Source: Octopus bimaculoides
Taxonomy: Eukaryota
Assembly (NCBI RefSeq): GCF_001194135.2
Contig: NC_068981.1
Location: forward strand, 102,851,789-102,893,015
Reading direction: 5' to 3'
DNA: 41,227 nucleotides
Both the position numbers and the translations under genes were made by a program. This document shows positions 35,416 through 41,227 of the stretch, piece by piece. Numbering within the stretch: position 1 is the stretch's first letter; each line of letters begins with the position of its first letter. Under the pieces are notes generated by a model. The model worked only from the letters and a program-made list of their open reading frames with translations, did no database searches and was not told where the DNA came from.

Positions 35416-36265
35416 GAATGTAAAATCATAATTGTTAAAACAAAGTAAATATAGCAAGATATTTTCCATAATGTATTCCACTACTACTATGTTGCTCACC
35501 ATATGATGGACGACATTCTGGTCGTTCGTGATTATTGGTTGTTGTTCTTGTTAGAGTAGTAATTACTACAGGCAGTGACTCTCTAGCCTGACACGAACCC
35601 AAGGTTTAACTTGTTCCGGCTGACTGTACCTAGAATGGGCCTCAATCCAGAGTTACGGATTAATTTCTTCTATTTTAGTTTGGTAGCAATCATAACTGGT
35701 CCCAGACTTGTGCTGAGAAAGGGAGTGGTGGAGTTCAAGACTGGCCACTTTGACTTTAGTATTCAAATTGCTACAGAAACATCGTCACTCAATGTCCATG
35801 GTGAGCAGGAAGAGCTATGACTAAGACAAATGTCTTATTGTGTTCTAATCAAAAGTCAACCCCAAATGAGCAGATGTATGATCAAAATCCTTCCAGCTGT
35901 GACCATCCCTTTTTAAGAGCATTCTTTGATATTTTACTGGTTTCAAACATATGGATGTATTCATACAAGGAAGAACATTATTATCTAATGCAATCTTCCT
36001 TAAATTAAAACAGAAATGTGTAATATGAGTGACATTTGGGCTGCCAGTTGAAGCAGGTTGCACGAACACACAAAAAAATTCCTCGGTTCTGAGCTTCTTA
36101 TTCAAATACGAGGTCGCAAATTTGAGGGAGAAGAAAATCAGATTTTGTGGCGTTCATCGTACCTCTAAATGCATCAGACGCAGTAATGAAAAGGGTTTTC
36201 ACTTACTAATAAGAAATATATATCGTAAAACGGATAACAGGTTTGATTATTATTATTTTATTTAA

Positions 36266-36470
36266 GGTGGCGAGCTAGTTGAACGCACGCCGAGCAAAAT
36301 GCTTAGCGCCATTTCGTCCGTCTTCACGTTCAAATTCCGCCGAGGTCGACTTTACCTTTCATCTATTCGGGGTTGGTAAAATAAGTACCAGTTGAACACA
36401 GGGGTCGATGTAATCGATTTACCCCATCCCTTGAAATTACTGGCCTTGTGCCAAATTTTGAGACCAATAT
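36266..36470 (+). mobile_element. SINE, same family
   Basis: AAGGTGGCGAGCTAG...AAATGCTTAGCG...TTCAAATTCCGCCGAGGTCGACTTT...GGCCTTGTGCCAAATTTTGAGACCAAT. Confidence 0.85.
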
Positions 36471-36946
36471 TGAAATCATTATTTGTTATCTAAAAGGGCT
36501 TATTGATTTTGATAGGTGCTAACTTTATTTGAGGTGGGGGCTTGTATTAGATCATATTAGCGTGCTATGAAACCAATAATTATAATATTACATTTTTTCT
36601 TCAAATTTCATGTTGATTGAACAAAATAATGAAATGAATAATAATTTTCATAATAAAAACTACGTATTAAAGTAAAATCAAATCAGATAAAAGAAACTGA
36701 TTATTTGTATATTTGTAATAAATATGTTACCAATTATTTACCGATGTAATATATTGATTAATTCTATATATGATAGCGTGACATTTTTTAGCGTGACCAA
36801 ACAAACGACAAGTATTATTAGCATTGATTAGTATGTTTATATTTAATTTCAAATGCACACACACACATGCAAGAATAATTACACACATATGCGTATATGA
36901 ACCCCCCCACACATATATATATGCGAGAATAATTACAAACATATGC

Positions 36947-37015
<69 letters not shown>
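36947..37015. repeat. (TA)n microsatellite
   Basis: Directly visible. Confidence 0.95.
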
Positions 37016-37023
<8 letters not shown>

Positions 37024-37789
37024 GATTAATGTTAAATTCTGTTATTTTATGAATTATGAGCACGAAGAACAGCGAAAATCAAAACAACGACGTAGATATT
37101 CATCCTTAAAACATCCAGGCAGATTCGAACTTGAATATGCTAATCGCTGTTATAGTTTGCCTTCGACGAACAATTTCTCCTTTCGAGTAATGTGTGTTCA
37201 CAATACATTCGATTCATTTAGGCAATGGAAATTTGAGACCCTGCAGTGTTTGTGTCACTTCAGTGAAAAGCAATCCGGATCAATGATTTTGTCCGTTGGC
37301 TTCTATAAACAAGAGCCAAAGTTCTTGTTTAGATTCATTGATCAAGGGCATCTTCGACTGAAGAGACACAACCACGCTGAAACATCGCGGTGTCTCGAAG
37401 CCCCTTTACTTCAATGAATCAAGTGTATTCTTAGCACACGTTGTGTGAAATAGAAGTTGTTCTCTGTAGACACAATACAACAGCGAGTAGCATATTCACG
37501 TTCGGATCTGCTGGAACGTATTAAGAATGAATATATTGTACTTTTTTTCAAAATATAATAATTTTTATATTCTTTATATTCTATTTTCAAAATATAATAA
37601 TTTGATAGTTGGTTGAGATGATTGTCGCCTCTCATTCACAATGTTTTTAGATTACACTGTGTAACAAATTTCTATTTTTTCATTTTTTGTCTTTAGTCAA
37701 TAAGTGTTATTTCTTATTTGCTTCTATCTAGAAATGAAAGAATATGACTACTATTCCCTTCGGACTTCGCTTTTGTGACCTGGACGTCA

Positions 37790-38030
37790 GTTTTGAAAAC
37801 TGAACTATTTTCCATTACATTTCAGACAGATTCAGTGCTGAGTTGCTAAAGCAGAAATATCGTTATAGCAAATCTATCACAGATTTGCTTGTCAGTTGCT
37901 TCACCGTAACCACTTGAGCATGCCTCTTAGTGGCTGGCAATATGTGCATCTCTGATCATGAGCAGGAGCAGTGAGGGAGCATCATAGCCATGTGTTGAGA
38001 GGGGTTCTTTGGGGTTTGAATAAATGTAAC
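37790..38030. repeat. Dispersed repeat fragment (GATTTGCTTGTCAGTTGC...GTGCATCTCTGATCATGAGCAG...CATCATAGCCATGTG)
   Basis: Recognised from memory as a common octopus repeat. Only one copy is in this window, so it is not internally confirmed. Confidence 0.4.
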
Positions 38031-39109
38031 AAAAGCAAAGTTTGAAGGAAATATTAACCATATTTCATAATTTCTAGAGGTTAGCAAATAGGAAATAACA
38101 GTTGCTACCCAAAGACAAAAGTCGTGTTATAAAGTGTTGAGAAGTAATAAGAAGTGTATGAATTATATATTACAAAATGTATCAACCTACTGGGAACAAC
38201 GATAAATTCAGTACAGCATGTCAATAAAGTTCATCGTCGATTTTACCGCACAAAGCAAAGGCGTTCCAGGTATGACCACCCCATTTTTTTGGACACTGTA
38301 TATCTAGGACTGCAGTATCAAATGTAACCTTCCGCTCTTTTTTCTTTTATTTTTTCTTTTATTTTTTCTTAATACGGTTAGTTAGGATTTGGGAAAACTT
38401 TGCAACTAATTTGTGATGGTCAAATTACTCTAGTAGTGTCCTCTTACGTTGGCACGTAGTATATTGCTAGAATTATGTGATGATCACTACTGTCACGTCG
38501 AAGAAAAATTAAGAAAATTTTACCAGCCATTCAGAACGCACGCTTCACCCTTCAGCAGGAAAACAACGTCTCTCAGACGTATCTTGGAAGCATGGCTGTT
38601 TCCCGTTGAGTTGTTCGAGTCAGAACAAGATTTCTTATCGTTTGAAATAATTTACGAGTTAGTGAAAATATATAATCAATGTTTTCTTGAAAGCAATTTT
38701 CCAAATAGTGTTGCTATGAAAGACTTATTTATACTGCGGCATGAAACAACATGGTTCTTTAGTTGATTCAAAACATTGTGATTTTGGCCTTCATGGAAGA
38801 CTGCCAAAAATATGTTTGAGTTCTTATTGGACGGTGCAGACACACAATCATGGAGAAATCTTATTGGACTGCAACGTTGCACTATATTCTTAGCGGAGAA
38901 ATAAATTCGATCGGTTTTGAGCAGAAGTTTAAAGCAATTCAAATCTTGAATTAATGAATTTTGGCAACTTTTACTTAAAAGACAAAAATTTAGAAAGAAA
39001 AGAAAAAAACAAAAACAAAAAATAGATAAAAAAGAAAACGAAACAAAGAACGAAACAAAAAAAGACAAATAGATAAACCAAAGTTGTATTTTGAAACACG
39101 TACAGCACA

Positions 39110-39540
39110 TAAATCATACACACACATACACACACACACACACACACGCACACACACACACTTATACTTACACTCATATACCTATGATTGGATATATTTG
39201 TTAAGTATATATATTTAGTATGTATATAAATAAATATATATATATACGTATATATGTATTTGTATATATGTATTTATATATTCATATATATGCAAATATG
39301 TCATATGTATCACATATATGTATATCCACACACGTAAGTACATACACAAACGTACGTCATACAAATATGTACACACATAAATGTATAAACATTATACATG
39401 TATACACACGCACACGGAAATATGTATGCGTATGTGTGTATGTATGAATATGTATGTGTGTATGTGTGTGTGCGTGTGTGTCCATATATATACAAATGCA
39501 TACCCACTTGAAATATATACGTATGCACACTCACTTGAAA
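39110..39540. repeat. Compound (CA)/(TA)/(TG) low-complexity tract
   Basis: Directly visible. Confidence 0.9.
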
Positions 39541-40984
39541 TAGTTTGCTAGATGTTTATATAAACCACACCCAAAGCGATAGTCTATTCCTTCAGTCTTT
39601 TGGTATAACTTGTGATTTACCGATATATTAGGCCTATAATAAAAAAAAAAAACTACAATCAAAGATTCTTCAACTGTATCAGTCGTATGTTAGCTAACGT
39701 AGCCCTGAATATCGTTGTGTAGCACTGCATTATATGGTATGTCCTTTTTTTTATATAAGACATTAAGGTGTGATTTTAGACAGATTTGGCTGCCATCTTT
39801 GCGGGCCTTTACACGTTTATGTCATGATCTTCGTTGCAGTAAATGTCTCAGAAGTGAAATTCTCCTTATACATACTGTATGTGAAACACAGGGAGCTGGA
39901 CTGTGAAAGACGTCATCGGAATGTAGGACAAGTGTTTCTGCGATGTTATGCCCCATCAGCGACAAATACCGAATTCCTCGTTCATAGACCACTAAGAGCT
40001 ATCATTCTTATCTGCAAATAGAAAATAATAATTTTACAGGCTTATACAAATCTTTGTGATGCAGAATAAACTAATTAAAGGCACATTAAGTATTGATGAT
40101 TGAGAAAAAGATGCACACATTCATATTCAACAAGTTATAATAGATACTCAAACGTGAAAAGTCTTTCGCTGCAGTAACTCTCTCAGAATAGAAATTCTCA
40201 TGTAAATAACGTTTGTGAAAGCACATCAAACTGGGCCATGAATGACATCAGAATTCTGTAGGCTATGTGTTTCTGCGTCGTTCTGCTCTTTCCCTAGTGA
40301 ATGTTAGCTACAAATCGAATTGATTGATTTAAATTATGCTCTCGTGACACACTTTGCACAACGTAAAAAAGTATTACCTACCAGCTCTCTCTCGAATTTG
40401 TTCTTCTTGCTCAATGTTTTCTCTTTTCTACTATCTTTCTTCTCTTCAACTATTTAAAATATTAAATGGTATCTAGCAATTTAGTCATATCTTTGATGAC
40501 TTGCTTTCGAGCTGTGCAACACGTTTTAACACGTGAGATATTGTTTTGTGTGATATTGGCTTATTGGATATTAATATAATTATTTAAATATGTAATGATT
40601 ATAGTGTTAAGAATAATACAAAGATTATATTAGACAATTTTGCCACAGCTAATATCCTTTAATACAGTTCACTTGGTATAATGTTTTTTCTTAAAGATTT
40701 ATAGTGATGCTATAATTCAACTAGCTATGACGGTTAAATTTCTGTTACACTTCAATAAACGTAAAGGTAAAATCAATAATAGATGTTATTATTCCTTCTG
40801 ACCTATCGCGGGACACTAGACAAAGGTTATGGTTAACAGTTATCAGAAGTAGCAGAACATTAAAATATTAAATAACAACGTGTTAAGAATTAGGATAGAT
40901 AAAGGAAAGAAGAAAATGAAAAAGGGAAAGACGGAGATTTCTAAGTTTTGAAAACCATAATAATAATAACAGTTGTTTCTACTA

Positions 40985-41190
40985 CAGGCACGGCGGCTGA
41001 AATTTTTGGGAAGAGGGTAGTCGCTTACAGTGACTACAGTGTTCTACTGGTACTTATTTTGTCGACCTCTGAAAGGAGGAAACTCAAGATTGTCTCTCGG
41101 CGGAATTTGAACTTAGAATATAATGCCGTAAGAAATGCCTCTAAGCATTTTATTCGATGCGCTAACGATTCCACCCCAGTCCATCGCCTA
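40985..41190 (-). mobile_element. SINE, same family as 34813-35024
   Basis: Reverse complement shows TAGGCGATGG...GAATCGTTAGCGCATCG..TAAAATGCTTAG...TTCTAAGTTCAAATTCCGCCGAGAG...CGACAAAATAAGTACCAGT. Confidence 0.75.
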
Positions 41191-41227
41191 ATAATAATAA
41201 TGATGTTTTATATATATATATATATAT

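Overview
AT-rich, microsatellite-dense eukaryotic DNA with eight N gaps. The SINE and repeat families look cephalopod (probably Octopus); this is recognition from memory, not a search result. I could not support any intact host protein-coding gene. The window is mostly decayed mobile DNA: several tRNA-derived SINE families, two RTE-clade LINE relics, a hAT MITE with a perfect 8-bp TSD, a ~1-kb long-TIR non-autonomous element carrying tandem RFX X-boxes, a mariner (DD34D-type) relic, and a diverged 32-bp minisatellite. The most notable part is a stack at 26.1-30.9 kb. It holds a Penelope-like terminus with a minimal hammerhead-ribozyme motif, an L1/Tx1-like ORF1 (RRM-like plus CCHC knuckle) with no ORF2 that ends in AATAAA plus an A-run, and a ~1000-codon DDD transposase pseudogene. 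That pseudogene has Sola3-like motifs, a zinc finger and a ...GACTC|TTAA right terminus. Nonsense mutations in both DNA transposons are mostly TGA, several at likely Arg (CGA) codons, which suggests CpG-methylation decay.
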